Part shown: positions 9,004 to 19,858 of the stretch, piece after piece
How the letters are laid out: each line of letters starts with the position of its first letter
How positions within the stretch are numbered: position 1 is the first letter of the stretch
Source: Thermoplasmatales archaeon SW_10_69_26
Lineage (GTDB): Archaea; Thermoplasmatota; SW-10-69-26
DNA length: 64,000 bases
Direction: 5' to 3'
NCBI GenBank assembly: GCA_003009755.1
Contig: PXUB01000032.1
Location: 81,672 to 145,671 of the forward strand
Notes under the pieces: model-generated
The model's database searches: none
What the model was told of the DNA's origin: nothing
The model's input: the letters and a program-made list of their open reading frames with translations, nothing else
Position numbers and translations under genes: made by a program

Positions 9004-10784
9004 TAACCGCTTTCGGTGGCGACCGAGAGGTCGCGGTCGAGCATCGCCCCCCACACCCCCCGCGGTGTCCGGCTGCAATCCGTGCACGCGAGATCGGGAT
9101 CCTCGTACCGGTCACCGGTCCCGTCCCCGTCGACCAGCAACCCGTTCTCGCCGTTCCAGTCACCGTGCATGCAGGGGTCATCGCAGGCGAGGTCCTCCCC
9201 CACGGCGGCCCGGTAGGCGTCCACGCCCCCGAGGTCCACCAGCGAGGACCCCCAGCCGGCGGTCGCTCCACCGTTGGTCCCCCAAACGCCCGGGTAGGTC
9301 TCGCAGCGGGCTTGGCACAGCGCGTGGACGTCGACGCCGGCCTCGTAGACGTCATCGCCGCCGGCGTCCACCAGGCGTCCGACACCGAGGTGCCCTCCCC
9401 CGTTGGCCCCATGCCCTCCGGCGATGCTCAGGCATCGGCTGAGATGGGAGGCGTCGCCCAGACACTCGGTCGTGGCGTTCGTCCCGGCCTGGTACACGTC
9501 GTCGCCGTCCGAGGAGACGAGACTGCCCGAGCCGGAATAGCCGCCGCCGTTCACGCCTAGGCCTCCGGCCACCGCCGAGCACTTGGACCCCTCGCAGGTG
9601 ACCGATGCGTTGACGCCGGCGAGGAACGCGTCCTCGCCCCCGCCGTCGATCAGCGAACCAACGCCGACGTGGGCGCCGCCGTTGACGCCTGCGCTGCCGG
9701 CGCGGGCCACACAGAACTCCGCCTCGCACCGCTCCTCCGCCTCGTGCCCGGCGAGGTAGCGGTCGGTTCCCTCGCCTGCGTCGACGAGTAAGCCGATCCC
9801 GTTGTCCGCTCCGCCGTTGACGCCGCGTGCGTTCGCGTGGTAGGTGTCGTTGCCGGTGGCGTCCACGAGCACGCCCGTGCCCTCGAACCCGCCGCCGTTG
9901 ACGCCACAGCACCGCGGATCGCTTGGCTGGCCGTACGTGTCGTCGCCGCCGAGGTCCACGACCGCCGCGGCGGGGAACGTTGCGCCGGTGCCGCCGGCGT
10001 TGTTCTCGTACTCGTCGTCGCCTCCGAAGCTCACGATGAGCGCGCAGTCGTTCGCAAACGTGCGGCTCTCGTCACTGGTGTCGAGGGCGACGGCAGGGCA
10101 TGCGTCGACGGCCGGACGAGCCGCGGAGGTCGAAGATTCCGCTACCATGGCCAAGTTCTCCACCGCATTCAGGAAAGCGGACCGAGCGGCGAAGACGTCG
10201 GCGAGTTCGCCGCCCTCGACGTGGGGGAAGGGATCGAGGCCCCCGTCGAAACCAGGAACCGCCCCCGTCCCGGCAGCTGGTGAAAGGCGAGCAGGGGAGG
10301 CTTGGTCGTCGGTGAGCTTTTTGGCCACGCTGGTATCCGACACGGCCTCGAGCCGGAGGAACGTCGTGACGAGGTCGGCAAGCGCGTCCGCGAGACCCGG
10401 GGACCGTTGCTCGACGATCTGGGCGGCGAGGCGATCCCCGAGGTCGAGGATCGTCGCGTGGCGGTGGGTCAGGGATTCGAGGGCCGCGAACAAGGACGAC
10501 GCCGAGCCCGTTGTCGGAGGTTCGTCCGACGGGATGCCGAGATCCCCGCTCTGCTGACGAGCCACGGCCTCGGCCACGTCCAGCGATGCAACAGCTGGAA
10601 TCTCATCTTCGGTATCCGACGCGCCCTCGTCCGCGATCCCGGCTCCGTGGGCGTCGCTCACCCTTTCCGGAACGAGGGTACCGGCCGCACTCGCCGCGGG
10701 AGCGAGGATCATCACAACAGCGAGGGCGACCGAAACGCCCCTCAGCCGCCGAGCACGTTGGCCGAAAGAGAGGATATCCGTCAC
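9003..10784 (-). CDS. Secreted protein with Gly/Asp-rich (G-x-D-x-Y) repeats
   Basis: Signal peptide; about nine repeats of the NGG...G.G.LVD..G.D.Y type with paired cysteines. Confidence 0.75.
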   Translation of the reverse strand: MTDILSFGQRARRLRGVSVALAVVMILAPAASAAGTLVPERVSDAHGAGIADEGASDTEDEIPAVASLDVAEAVARQQSGDLGIPSDEPPTTGSASSLFAALESLTHRHATILDLGDRLAAQIVEQRSPGLADALADLVTTFLRLEAVSDTSVAKKLTDDQASPARLSPAAGTGAVPGFDGGLDPFPHVEGGELADVFAARSAFLNAVENLAMVAESSTSAARPAVDACPAVALDTSDESRTFANDCALIVSFGGDDEYENNAGGTGATFPAAAVVDLGGDDTYGQPSDPRCCGVNGGGFEGTGVLVDATGNDTYHANARGVNGGADNGIGLLVDAGEGTDRYLAGHEAEERCEAEFCVARAGSAGVNGGAHVGVGSLIDGGGEDAFLAGVNASVTCEGSKCSAVAGGLGVNGGGYSGSGSLVSSDGDDVYQAGTNATTECLGDASHLSRCLSIAGGHGANGGGHLGVGRLVDAGGDDVYEAGVDVHALCQARCETYPGVWGTNGGATAGWGSSLVDLGGVDAYRAAVGEDLACDDPCMHGDWNGENGLLVDGDGTGDRYEDPDLACTDCSRTPRGVWGAMLDRDLSVATESG

Positions 10785-11055
10785 GTCACCCAGCCTCGTT
10801 GCGGTGGTTGGGATGCAGCCCTTTCAAGGCTTCGTTGTCACAGCCCGAGGGGGAATCGCGTGCCGTCATCGAATGCGCTGGCGCACCCGCCATCCGGGCA
10901 GGGACGGTTCCGGGACGGCGTGTCCGCCGCCGACCAAGGCCGGGACAGCGGGGGCGATCATCAACAGGCCAACCAGGACGGCGCGGACCCTGACGAACAT
11001 CGAGCAAGAAGGCTTAGCCGGACCCTATCAGGGTTCTCCGAGTGCGCCTAAACCG

Positions 11056-12423
11056 TCACTCTTCTCGTCCCTCGCCGCCGGGCACGTCCTCGGGCCCGAT
11101 ACCCAACAACCGCGGCAATGGATCGAACAGCGCCCGCTCAACCGTCGCCTGATCCACGGCCGCCTCCGAGGAACTACGCGTCCCGTTGTCCCGATGATCG
11201 TTGACCCCGTAGACACGGTACTCGTCATCCCCCGTGAGCTCGAAGCTCGTCCGCCAGGACGTCACACTCGGGTCCAGGTGCGCCACGGGTTGCCACGGGC
11301 TCGGGGCCTCGAACGTCGCGTTGGACCGGCGTTCGACCACGTACCCCGTCAACACCGAATACGAGGTGGGTTTGGGCGGATCCCACGTGACCTCCGTGCT
11401 GAACGCATCGCCCTCGCGAACCGGTTCGACATCCAAATCTCGGGGCGCGTTCGGCTCCAACGAGTAATGCACGATCTCCGCCAAATCCCCCCGCTCGAAC
11501 GCCTGGGACCCGCCAAGCAGGATCGCTTGCCGGCCGGTCCACACGGCGGTCGCCTGGTCACGACCCGTGGGCAACCGGCTATCCATGAACCGGATCTCCT
11601 CCTCCCCCGGATCGACCCGCAGGATCGAGGCCTTGCTCACCCCGTCGTTGATCCCCCCAAGCACGAACGCGTGATGCCCATCCCACACGGCGCTCGGGGC
11701 CCGCAACGAAACGTTGAGCTTCACGTCCTGCAACTGAAGGGTGTCTGTATCGGGGTCGAAGCGCCAGATATCATCGCACTCGCCCGGGCAGCCAGTCCCC
11801 CCGAACAGGTAGGCCTCCTCGCCCGTCCACACCGACGCCATCCTTTCACGCGGACCGGGGAAGCTCTCCTCCAGCTTCGTTACCGTATCGTTCACCGGAT
11901 CATAGCGCAAAATCTGGTCCAGGGGAGTGAACGCGTCCCGGCCACCGAAGATGTAGGCGCGATCGCCGGTCCAGACCGTCGTCGCATCTATCGGATCGTT
12001 CGGTAGCGTGGCGTTCATTTCCTCGACCGTGTCCGTGGACGGGTCATACCGGGTCACGGTGTCCGTCCAGAACACGTACGCACAACCCTCGGGACAGCCT
12101 GCCTCCGGCCGCGAGCGATCATCCCACACCGCGGTCGCACTCGATCCCGTCCAGGGCAACCGGGCATCCATCACCGTCGCGTTGCCCGTATCCGGTTCGT
12201 AGCGAACGATCTCGTCACTGAAATCGCTGGACCCACCAGTCCGGTTCAAACCCCCGAACACGTACACCGCCTCTCCCGTCCACACGGACGACGGGTTCTT
12301 CAACCCCTGCGGCAACTCGGCTTCGACGCTGGCCGTGTCCGCGCTCGCCGACGGCGCGATGAGGGCGACCACGGCCACGGCAGCCAACAAACCGACGCCG
12401 CCAGCGATCCAGGCACCTCCCAT
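11056..12423 (-). CDS. Secreted Kelch-repeat beta-propeller with C-terminal FN3-like domain
   Basis: Repeated VWTG.+AY.FGG units and a PNAPRDL...W..P.......GY.VER FN3 signature. Start set at MGGAW. Confidence 0.82.
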   Translation of the reverse strand: MGGAWIAGGVGLLAAVAVVALIAPSASADTASVEAELPQGLKNPSSVWTGEAVYVFGGLNRTGGSSDFSDEIVRYEPDTGNATVMDARLPWTGSSATAVWDDRSRPEAGCPEGCAYVFWTDTVTRYDPSTDTVEEMNATLPNDPIDATTVWTGDRAYIFGGRDAFTPLDQILRYDPVNDTVTKLEESFPGPRERMASVWTGEEAYLFGGTGCPGECDDIWRFDPDTDTLQLQDVKLNVSLRAPSAVWDGHHAFVLGGINDGVSKASILRVDPGEEEIRFMDSRLPTGRDQATAVWTGRQAILLGGSQAFERGDLAEIVHYSLEPNAPRDLDVEPVREGDAFSTEVTWDPPKPTSYSVLTGYVVERRSNATFEAPSPWQPVAHLDPSVTSWRTSFELTGDDEYRVYGVNDHRDNGTRSSSEAAVDQATVERALFDPLPRLLGIGPEDVPGGEGREE

Positions 12424-12585
12424 CGGTTCTCCCTCGAACATCGGCCAGGAGCCGCATAGACCCCCGCCTGTCACGTCCAATCGTAACACCGCCCTTGGCC
12501 AAAGGCATTCTCCAAGCGCGTGTGAACCGTCATCGAAGCCAAACCAAGCCCGAAGACAACTTATCACCAACTCAATTGGTCAATC

Positions 12586-13677
12586 GGGCTTGCACATAAA
12601 CTCAGTTCTGACCTGACCGAGCGTCCCATCAATCCAACAACCGAACGTTGTGCACGATCTCCCGCGCCAACACCGTGTTCCGCCGACTGGTCCGCAGCCG
12701 GCAGCGGAGACGATCGCCGAACAGCAGCTTGACCGTGGCAAACCGGGACTCCGCGGTCACCCGGCGACGGTACACGTCCTGAAACCGATTGGGGAAGTTG
12801 AGCGCGTATCGGGTCTTCTTCTCGAACGGATCGGAAGGGAACCGCCACCAGCGAGCGTTGCTCTTCGGCTTGAAGTAGGGCTGCAACCCGGCGTCTTTGA
12901 CGAGCTGGCAGTTGTCCCGGGTCCAATACGCCTTGTCGCCCAACACGGCGTGGACGGCTGCTTCGTCAGGCACCTCGTCGATCAGCTCGGGCAGCTCTTG
13001 GCTGTCGTGCCGGTGCCCGGGCGTCAACGAGACAGCCAACGTGGCCCGGGTCTTGACGCCGTTGAGCACGTGCGTTTTGGCGTACTGGCGAGGCTCAGCG
13101 TCGTGTTCTCGCGCATGCCAGGCACCTTGTCCGGTGAGCACGAGACCCGAGGCATCCACGCTGGCGTTCTCTTCGAGGCTCCAGAAGGGCTGAGCGGTCT
13201 CCGCCAGCACTCGCTGAAGCGTGTTCGTGATCCCCGTTCTTGGTTGTACTGGCACAGCGTGTTGAAATGGGGCACGTGCTCGATGTCCAGATGGGGCTTG
13301 AGCAGGTAAAGCAGGCCTTCGGTGCGGCGGAAGCTGAGATCGAAGTACGCCCGGACCAGCAAGCCCAAGATGACGGTGCGGCGCGGGATCCGGGGCCGGC
13401 CGGTGTTGTAGGACCAGTTGTGGATGCAGCTGGCATCCACGAGGTCTCGGAGACGGTGCACCACGCGCACCATCTCGCGGGCTTGCCACGTGTTGTATGT
13501 GCTCCAGTCGAAGCCGTTGTCGGTGGGTTCAAGCGTGTGCTGTTCTTCTGTTGTCACTCGGGCATCCATCCCAGCTCGATGGCTCTCGAGCGGGCTTCTC
13601 AGGGATGCCCCGTTTTGTCAACGGCAGTGGTTTGTATCGCGTCAGCTGGGCTCGTAGCCCACTTTATGTGCGAGCCC
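12586..13677 (-). mobile_element. IS5-like insertion sequence with frameshifted transposase
   Basis: 15-bp TIRs GGGCTTGCACATAAA (12586-12600) and GGGCTCGCACATAAA (reverse complement of 13663-13677). No target-site duplication seen. Confidence 0.8.
12629..13569 (-). pseudogene. IS5/IS4-clan DDE transposase split over two frames
   Basis: N-part (GRPR, SFRRTEG, VPHFNTL) in the 13024-13569 frame. C-part (VDASG, HDS, GDKAY, YRRRVTAESRF) in the 12629-13489 frame. Junction near 13235. Confidence 0.8.
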
Positions 13678-13694
13678 CGGCCGAAGGCTGAGTT

Positions 13695-14324
13695 TCAGGG
13701 ATCGAACCCGACGGTGTAGCCCTTCTGTTCCAAGATCTCCATCGCTTCGCTGGCGAGTTCTCGAGCCTCTTGCTCGTTTGGGACACCGTCGGCAAGCTGG
13801 GCATCCCATTCTTCTTGGACGCGCTCCCAGGAGATCAGGCCTTGGTCGAGAAGCGTCTGGAGATCCTCGATGTCGCGGTCGGGGGTATCCCGCCAGCGGC
13901 CGGTCACGCTCTTGAGCAAGAACACGGCGTTGGCTGGGGCTAGCTCGACGGTCAGGTTGCCCTCGGTGAACCACTCGTCTGTTGCCTCCGCCATGCGCTG
14001 GGAGAACTGCAGGCAACCGAAGATCCGTCCGGGCGGGAACAGATCCATGCTCATCACGTTCTCGCGCTCGCAGTAGATCCACATGTCGAAGGAATCGGTT
14101 AGCGGGATCTCCTCGGCCGGCTGGTAACCCACCCGACCTAGCTCTTCGATGAGGGTGTGGATGGCCCGGTCGTGGTCGACGACGGCGTCCACGTCCTTGG
14201 TGGTGTCCTTGATGCCGCGGGCACTCATGCAGCAGCCGCCGAAGAGGATGAACCGCGTCGGTGCCTGGATGACCTCGCCGATCCGTTCGAGCTCGGTGCG
14301 GATCGTGGCGCGGTCAACGGGCAA
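13695..14324 (-). CDS. Pol-beta-superfamily nucleotidyltransferase (AbiEii/DUF6036-like)
   Basis: LFGGCCM..GIKDTTKDVD motif; C-terminal LLK...R..DIED. Confidence 0.72.
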   Translation of the reverse strand: MPVDRATIRTELERIGEVIQAPTRFILFGGCCMSARGIKDTTKDVDAVVDHDRAIHTLIEELGRVGYQPAEEIPLTDSFDMWIYCERENVMSMDLFPPGRIFGCLQFSQRMAEATDEWFTEGNLTVELAPANAVFLLKSVTGRWRDTPDRDIEDLQTLLDQGLISWERVQEEWDAQLADGVPNEQEARELASEAMEILEQKGYTVGFDP

Positions 14325-15333
14325 GGCTGCCCTCCTCGACGCCGAAGTCCTCTCGGAACCGCTGGATCTCCTCCTCGAGGGGGTGCTCTCCGGTTTCGAC
14401 GAACACCTTGGCTTCGTCCAAGAGCCCGCCGAGCTGGTAGAAGAACGCGCGATCGAAGAAGCTCTCGTGTCGGAGCAAGCGGTGGTCCACTGCAGCCAGG
14501 AAGAACGCCTTGGCTCTCAGGGCAACATCGTCGGCGCTGGAACCGGATGGATCCCGGCGGGGGGTTGCCTGGGCACGACAGTAGAGGAACATGTGATCCC
14601 AGGGGTCGAGCTCTCGGGGGCCCAGGTAGCCGTAGGTTGCCTCGCTCGCAATCGGGGAGAAGAGATCCAGATCCGAGGATGGACCCACGAGTTGGATCGG
14701 TGGTTCGAGATCGGCGTTGTTGAAGCGCCAGGCCACCTCGAGGCCGCGCTGGTGGATGGGATGGTGAGCGAAGACTGCAGCTCGAACCGGGCCTTCCTGT
14801 TCTTCCAGCCCTCCCGGGTGGACCGCCTCGCTGGGCGGTCGGCGGTAGAGGTCGGCGTACTCCTCGATGAGCCATTGCAAACCGCTCAGGCGCGGGTTCG
14901 GTTCGAGGCCGCCCTCCGAGGAGAGCAGGAGGTTGCGGGAGCGCAGGTGGTCGATGGCGTCCTGCCAGGTCGACTTGTGGACGCCGACCAACTCGCGGGC
15001 GTCGGGATCACGGTGAGGATAGGGGAAGACGGTGAGCGCGGCCAAGTGGGTGGGTGCGGAGAGCTCATCCTCGAGGTTGGGTCGCTCGCTGAGGGCGTCC
15101 GCACATGCACTCGCCAGGTCGGCGTGGCGGGCGGTGAAGGTACGGTTGCGTTTGGCTCTCGATGCTTCCAGCAGGTTCAGCTCCTCGAGCTTGCGTACCC
15201 GCCGGTCGAGCGTCGACCGGGGGAGGAACTCGAGGTCCCGCAGCTGGAACCCGTCCGGGTCCGCTGCGGCGAGGATCCGGAGATCGCGGCCGTCGAGTGA
15301 GAAACGAACGGGGTTTCGCTTATCACTTGTCAC
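14314..15333 (-). CDS. Tandem winged-HTH protein, putative AbiEi-like partner
   Basis: Two HTH-like segments (PRSTLDRRVRKLEELNLL; VHKSTWQDAIDHLRSRNLL); overlaps the start of the NTase gene. Confidence 0.62.
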   Translation of the reverse strand: MTSDKRNPVRFSLDGRDLRILAAADPDGFQLRDLEFLPRSTLDRRVRKLEELNLLEASRAKRNRTFTARHADLASACADALSERPNLEDELSAPTHLAALTVFPYPHRDPDARELVGVHKSTWQDAIDHLRSRNLLLSSEGGLEPNPRLSGLQWLIEEYADLYRRPPSEAVHPGGLEEQEGPVRAAVFAHHPIHQRGLEVAWRFNNADLEPPIQLVGPSSDLDLFSPIASEATYGYLGPRELDPWDHMFLYCRAQATPRRDPSGSSADDVALRAKAFFLAAVDHRLLRHESFFDRAFFYQLGGLLDEAKVFVETGEHPLEEEIQRFREDFGVEEGSLAR

Positions 15334-15592
15334 CGGTTGTTTCCAATCTCGATCAAAGACACTTAAGAGTTCCTCTGATTGGGTGCTTCACAAACGGGTT
15401 CACAGACGGTACCGGGAGAGGCGAGGTTCGCCTTTGGCGACACGCATCGGCGTAGTTCTCTGGATCTGCTTGCAGACGAAGCGGAGACAAGGTGAGTCCC
15501 ACCTGCATCGTCGAGTAGCTCACGGCACGTAGCCGCACCCGGCCTGGCTGGGGAAGAACGACATCTGCGATCCTGGGGGGAATCTTGGAGTC

Positions 15593-18500
15593 TCACGGTT
15601 CTGCGGCGTCCGCGGGCTCGGTCAACCACGGCAGGATGTGGGCGCGACCGATGACGTCGTCGCAACCCGGGCTCGATGGACCCTGGGCACAACCCCACCA
15701 GTTCCGCCTCGCTTCGCCGCCCCCGACGAACCCGGCCTTCTCATTGCCAGCGATGTTGGAGTTCACTGCCTCCAGGTCGGAACCTCTTGCGTCGACGCCG
15801 ACCGTGTTGTTGGAGATCTGCATGTGCTGCAGCTCGGGCTCCAGGATGCTCTGGTCGTTCTCGACCCCGGTAGCGAAACCTTCCACCTTGGTCTCGGTTA
15901 CGGTGGTCAGCGTGGTTCCGGGGAGCGCGATCCCCGTTCGCCCGGTCCCGGAGACGACGGTCCCGTGGATCGAGGAGGAGTCCTGGAAGATGATCCCTGT
16001 GACGCCTTCGTAGACGATCCCCTGGCGAGCGTCGTCGATGTGGCTGTTCGAGACATCGATGTTGACCGTAGCCGCCGCTCGGAGGCCGACCTCTCCCTCT
16101 TTCACGGTGACGTTAGAGATCGACACGTGTTGGCCGCCGAGGACCTGGACGCCGACCCCGGTTTCCTCCAGCTCGATGTCCTCGACGATCGTGCGGTTGG
16201 TGTTCGCCAGGATGACCTGCCCTGGTGGGACTGGTTCGCCCTTGGACGTCGTCGGTGGCGGCACGAGGTTCCCGTCGCTGTCGCACCACACCTGTGGGAT
16301 CACGGCATCTTGGGCGTCTTGACAGAAGAGGACGGGACGGTCGTTGACGGTGTTGGCCCGCGTGATCGCCACGTCCGGGACATTCCAGCTGTCCGGCTCG
16401 AAGAAGATTCCCCCCTTCGTCATCGCGTTCGCGTCGATCCTCGCTTGCTCGACGTCCTGGATCGCGATCGCCTTGGGGAACCCGTCGATGCCGTTCACCG
16501 CGATGGTGACGTTGTGGCTCCGTTCTGCTTGGAGTCCTCCGTCCTCGACCACGGGATACAGGGGGCTGTCAGATTCGTCCGCTGTTCGGTGGATCTCGTT
16601 TCCGCGGACGAGGACGTCCTCGGTTCGCTCCAGGGACAGCCCTGTCCGTTGAGCCCGGAGGACGTTGTCCTCGACGTGGGCAGCGTCGACGTTCTCGAGG
16701 GCTACGGCGGTGCGGCCCTCGAGGTTGGTTCCCTCGAGGCGGACGTCCTGGCTGTCGACGATCTGGATGGGTACAGCTCCATCCTCGATCTGGAGCCCCC
16801 TCACGGTGACGTTCTCGGTACCTTCGAGCACGACCTGACCGTAACCGGGACGGACGGTTCGGTTGTCCTCGCCGGCCAGGTAGGCGACGGGGCGTCCGCG
16901 GACCGTGTTGGAGCGGTCGATATCGTGACCGTTCTCCGCATGCCCCCAGAGACCGTCCTCGATGCGGAACCCGGCGTCGGTAAGGCGGTTCCGTTGAAGT
17001 TGGAGCTGGTCCCCGTCGAGCATGATCCCGGTCTCGTTCGCCTCGACCGTGTTCTCTCGGACGGCGTACTGCTCGCCGCCGAGAAGCATCCCGACGTGGG
17101 AACCATCGACCAAGTTGTCGACGGCGCGACTCCGTTCGCCCGCGAGGAGCACGATCCCGTGAGTGCCTCCCTGGACGGAGGTGTTCGCGACCGTGACGTT
17201 GCGGCCAACGGCTAGGACGCCGCCCAGGGGATCCCCTTCCCCGGGCATGCGAACATCAGCACTGCGGATAGAGCCCCGCTGGTCCGGGGCGTCGCCAGCG
17301 ACGCCTACGGCTGGTTGAAGGACACCGCCGATACCGTGCAGGAGGCGGATCCCGAGATCCGAGACGTTGATCTCGACATTCACGAACTCCACGCCATCAC
17401 CGCCGATGGCGCTCAGGCCTCGCCAACCGCCGGTGACGCTGACGTTGCGGACGGTCACGTTGTCGGTTTTGAAGGTCTGCACGCCGACCGTGGTGGGGCC
17501 GAGCTCGCGGTTCTCGATGACGGTGTCCGAGACGTTGACGAGGATGATCTGGCCGGCTGGCCCCTCCGGGCTCGCCGAGCTTGTGTCGGTGACGTAGCGG
17601 ATGGGATCGCCGTTGACGGTGTTCGAGGGAGGGATCTCGTGGGACCCCGCCGAGCGGTACCCCTCGAGATGGACACCGGTTTCCTGGAACTCGTTCCGGT
17701 AGAGCGAGGCGTTGTCCGCCGAGGAGAGCCGAAGCCCGACGTCGGCGCCGCGGAGCCGGTTGTCCTTCAAGACGATCCCGTCGGACGAGGTGTGAATCCC
17801 GACCTCGGTCGCCTCGATCGTGTTGTTGTGGATTTTGGGGGTGTCCGTCCCCCGCAGCTGGATCCCGTGACGGGCCTCGAGGATTTTGTTCCGACTCAAG
17901 GACGTACCGGGAGAGGGCCAGACGAGGTCCACCCCCTGGTCGACGTTCTCGATGGTGTTCCCCTCGGCCTTCATTGTGGCGTCCCTCGCTCTCAACCCGA
18001 CCGACCAGTTGACCAGCTGGTTCGCCTCGAACACCGCGGTTGCACCAACGGCGACACTGAGGGCTGTCCCCGAGGGGAACCCACGGTCGGGGGGAGAACG
18101 GCCCAAGAGCGTGTTGTTCTTGGCCACGAGCGTGGCGGAGCCTCCAGCAGCGAGGCCGTCTTCCTTCCACCCCGGGCGGATCTCGGTGCCGGTCACGATC
18201 GCTTCGCTGGCTCCGATGGAGATGGGGCCGTCGACCCGGCTTCGAGTGACGTTGAGCGAGGAGTCCGTGGTGACGATAGCTCCTTCCGCCTTCACGGCTG
18301 TCAGGTTCACCGAGGCCTGTGTTGCGGTGATGCCCGCAGAGAACGAGCCGGCCACGCTGTCGAGGGAGGCGTTGGTGACGGAGACCGAGGTCCGCGTCCG
18401 CTCGTCGGTCCATCCGTCGAGGACGATGCTGCCGCCGCCGTGAACGCGCAGGCCCTCGTGGGCGTCGCCCACCTTGTTGTCGGTGAGCTCGGCGGAGGCG

Positions 18501-19546
18501 TCCGTTTCGAGAGCGGTACGGGCGGAGCGGATCTGGTTCTGAGTGAACGCTCGGATCTCCGAGTCGAGGATGCGGAATCCGTCGGGGCCGGGGCGGTGGG
18601 GAAGCGGCGTTCCGACAAGGTTGGCCTGGACGTCCAGTCCGTTGATGCGTTGGAGGTCCATGGCCACGGCTGGGTCCTCGCCGTAGCAACACAGGGTGGT
18701 CGGGTAGGACACCGTGTTCGCTTCGATTATCACGTTCGAAGCGTTCGTGACCGAGAGGGCCTGGAAGCTCCGCTCGAACCTGTTGTCGGCGACGTGGAGG
18801 TGATCGCTTCCTTCTGCCTCCAGGCTAGGCGGTGGTGGCGTATCACGAGCGGCGAAGTCGTCGACGGACCCTGGCAGGGGGGAAAACGCCATCTCGTCCT
18901 GGGGGAGGATACGGTTATCCTGGATCGTGATGTTCGTGGCGTTGGCGAGGAACACCGTCGTCGGTCGGGCCTTGCGGCCGGCATCCTCGGGTGAAGGTTC
19001 GCCGCCGATGCGATTGTCTTGGAGGACGACGTGGGCGTCCGTGTCCTCGACCCTGATGCTCGTCACGTTCCAGCCCGCGATCAGATAGGGATCCTCGGAG
19101 GTGCCCTCGCCGTCGACCACGCCCGAGCCAGGCCGGTAGGTGGATTCCCCGGTGAGCGGTTCGCGGAGCTCGAATCCCTGTCGAGGCTGGTCGCCATCGA
19201 TTGTGATGGGTGGATGATGGGGTCGCTGGGCGTGATCAACGGGCTTAGTTCCTGCTTCGTCCGCGCCGAGGCTGGAGGGACAGCGTGCGGGAGGCTCGCA
19301 TCGGTTGAAGGTGTGGGCCGAGGCGGGCTCCTCTCTGGGGAGAGCCTCGAAGTTGGGGGATGGTTGGGTGTCGATGCGGTCCTCCGTGTGGAGGATGCCA
19401 CGTTCTGCTTGATCGAGGGTGGGAAAGCCCGCTGCCGCGTTCTGTAGGAAGAGACCGAAGGCGAGGAGGGCCCCCATGCAGGCGAGCGAAGCGGGGATCG
19501 GTCGTGTACGCCTGGGGAAACACATGGCCACGGGCGGCTGGCTCAC
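15593..19546 (-). CDS. Large secreted right-handed parallel beta-helix (NosD/CASH-like) protein
   Basis: Signal peptide, G.GTSEDPYLIAGW motif, many N.I..N repeats, three NTV(N/R)..P(I/V).(Y/F) modules, terminal ARRNWWG...PWL. Confidence 0.85.
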   Translation of the reverse strand: MSQPPVAMCFPRRTRPIPASLACMGALLAFGLFLQNAAAGFPTLDQAERGILHTEDRIDTQPSPNFEALPREEPASAHTFNRCEPPARCPSSLGADEAGTKPVDHAQRPHHPPITIDGDQPRQGFELREPLTGESTYRPGSGVVDGEGTSEDPYLIAGWNVTSIRVEDTDAHVVLQDNRIGGEPSPEDAGRKARPTTVFLANATNITIQDNRILPQDEMAFSPLPGSVDDFAARDTPPPPSLEAEGSDHLHVADNRFERSFQALSVTNASNVIIEANTVSYPTTLCCYGEDPAVAMDLQRINGLDVQANLVGTPLPHRPGPDGFRILDSEIRAFTQNQIRSARTALETDASAELTDNKVGDAHEGLRVHGGGSIVLDGWTDERTRTSVSVTNASLDSVAGSFSAGITATQASVNLTAVKAEGAIVTTDSSLNVTRSRVDGPISIGASEAIVTGTEIRPGWKEDGLAAGGSATLVAKNNTLLGRSPPDRGFPSGTALSVAVGATAVFEANQLVNWSVGLRARDATMKAEGNTIENVDQGVDLVWPSPGTSLSRNKILEARHGIQLRGTDTPKIHNNTIEATEVGIHTSSDGIVLKDNRLRGADVGLRLSSADNASLYRNEFQETGVHLEGYRSAGSHEIPPSNTVNGDPIRYVTDTSSASPEGPAGQIILVNVSDTVIENRELGPTTVGVQTFKTDNVTVRNVSVTGGWRGLSAIGGDGVEFVNVEINVSDLGIRLLHGIGGVLQPAVGVAGDAPDQRGSIRSADVRMPGEGDPLGGVLAVGRNVTVANTSVQGGTHGIVLLAGERSRAVDNLVDGSHVGMLLGGEQYAVRENTVEANETGIMLDGDQLQLQRNRLTDAGFRIEDGLWGHAENGHDIDRSNTVRGRPVAYLAGEDNRTVRPGYGQVVLEGTENVTVRGLQIEDGAVPIQIVDSQDVRLEGTNLEGRTAVALENVDAAHVEDNVLRAQRTGLSLERTEDVLVRGNEIHRTADESDSPLYPVVEDGGLQAERSHNVTIAVNGIDGFPKAIAIQDVEQARIDANAMTKGGIFFEPDSWNVPDVAITRANTVNDRPVLFCQDAQDAVIPQVWCDSDGNLVPPPTTSKGEPVPPGQVILANTNRTIVEDIELEETGVGVQVLGGQHVSISNVTVKEGEVGLRAAATVNIDVSNSHIDDARQGIVYEGVTGIIFQDSSSIHGTVVSGTGRTGIALPGTTLTTVTETKVEGFATGVENDQSILEPELQHMQISNNTVGVDARGSDLEAVNSNIAGNEKAGFVGGGEARRNWWGCAQGPSSPGCDDVIGRAHILPWLTEPADAAEP

Positions 19547-19858
19547 GGTTCCGCCTCCGAGTCGGGCTCGGCCAACCCTGATTCGACCAAGACGTTCCCC
19601 TCGATACCGTCTCCGCTGGTCGAGAGACCGTTCACGGAGGCCAGCCCTGTGCTGGGAACCGGAATCAGGGTGATGGCAACGGTGAGCGTCAGGCTGCGCA
19701 GCTCCTCCTGCCTCGGACGTCCAATCGTGACAGCCGACTCAAAAGCGTGTGGATAGAACCGAAGGGGTAGAACCGGCTCGGACACCGTACGACGGTCGCC
19801 GACGGTATGCGAGAGGTCGGCTGCCCTCGCCCTCCTCCAGCGGGTGTTACACCAGCCT

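Noticed and set aside
19543-19785. 80-aa ORF upstream of the beta-helix gene
   Set aside because: No motif support; may be a decayed fragment.
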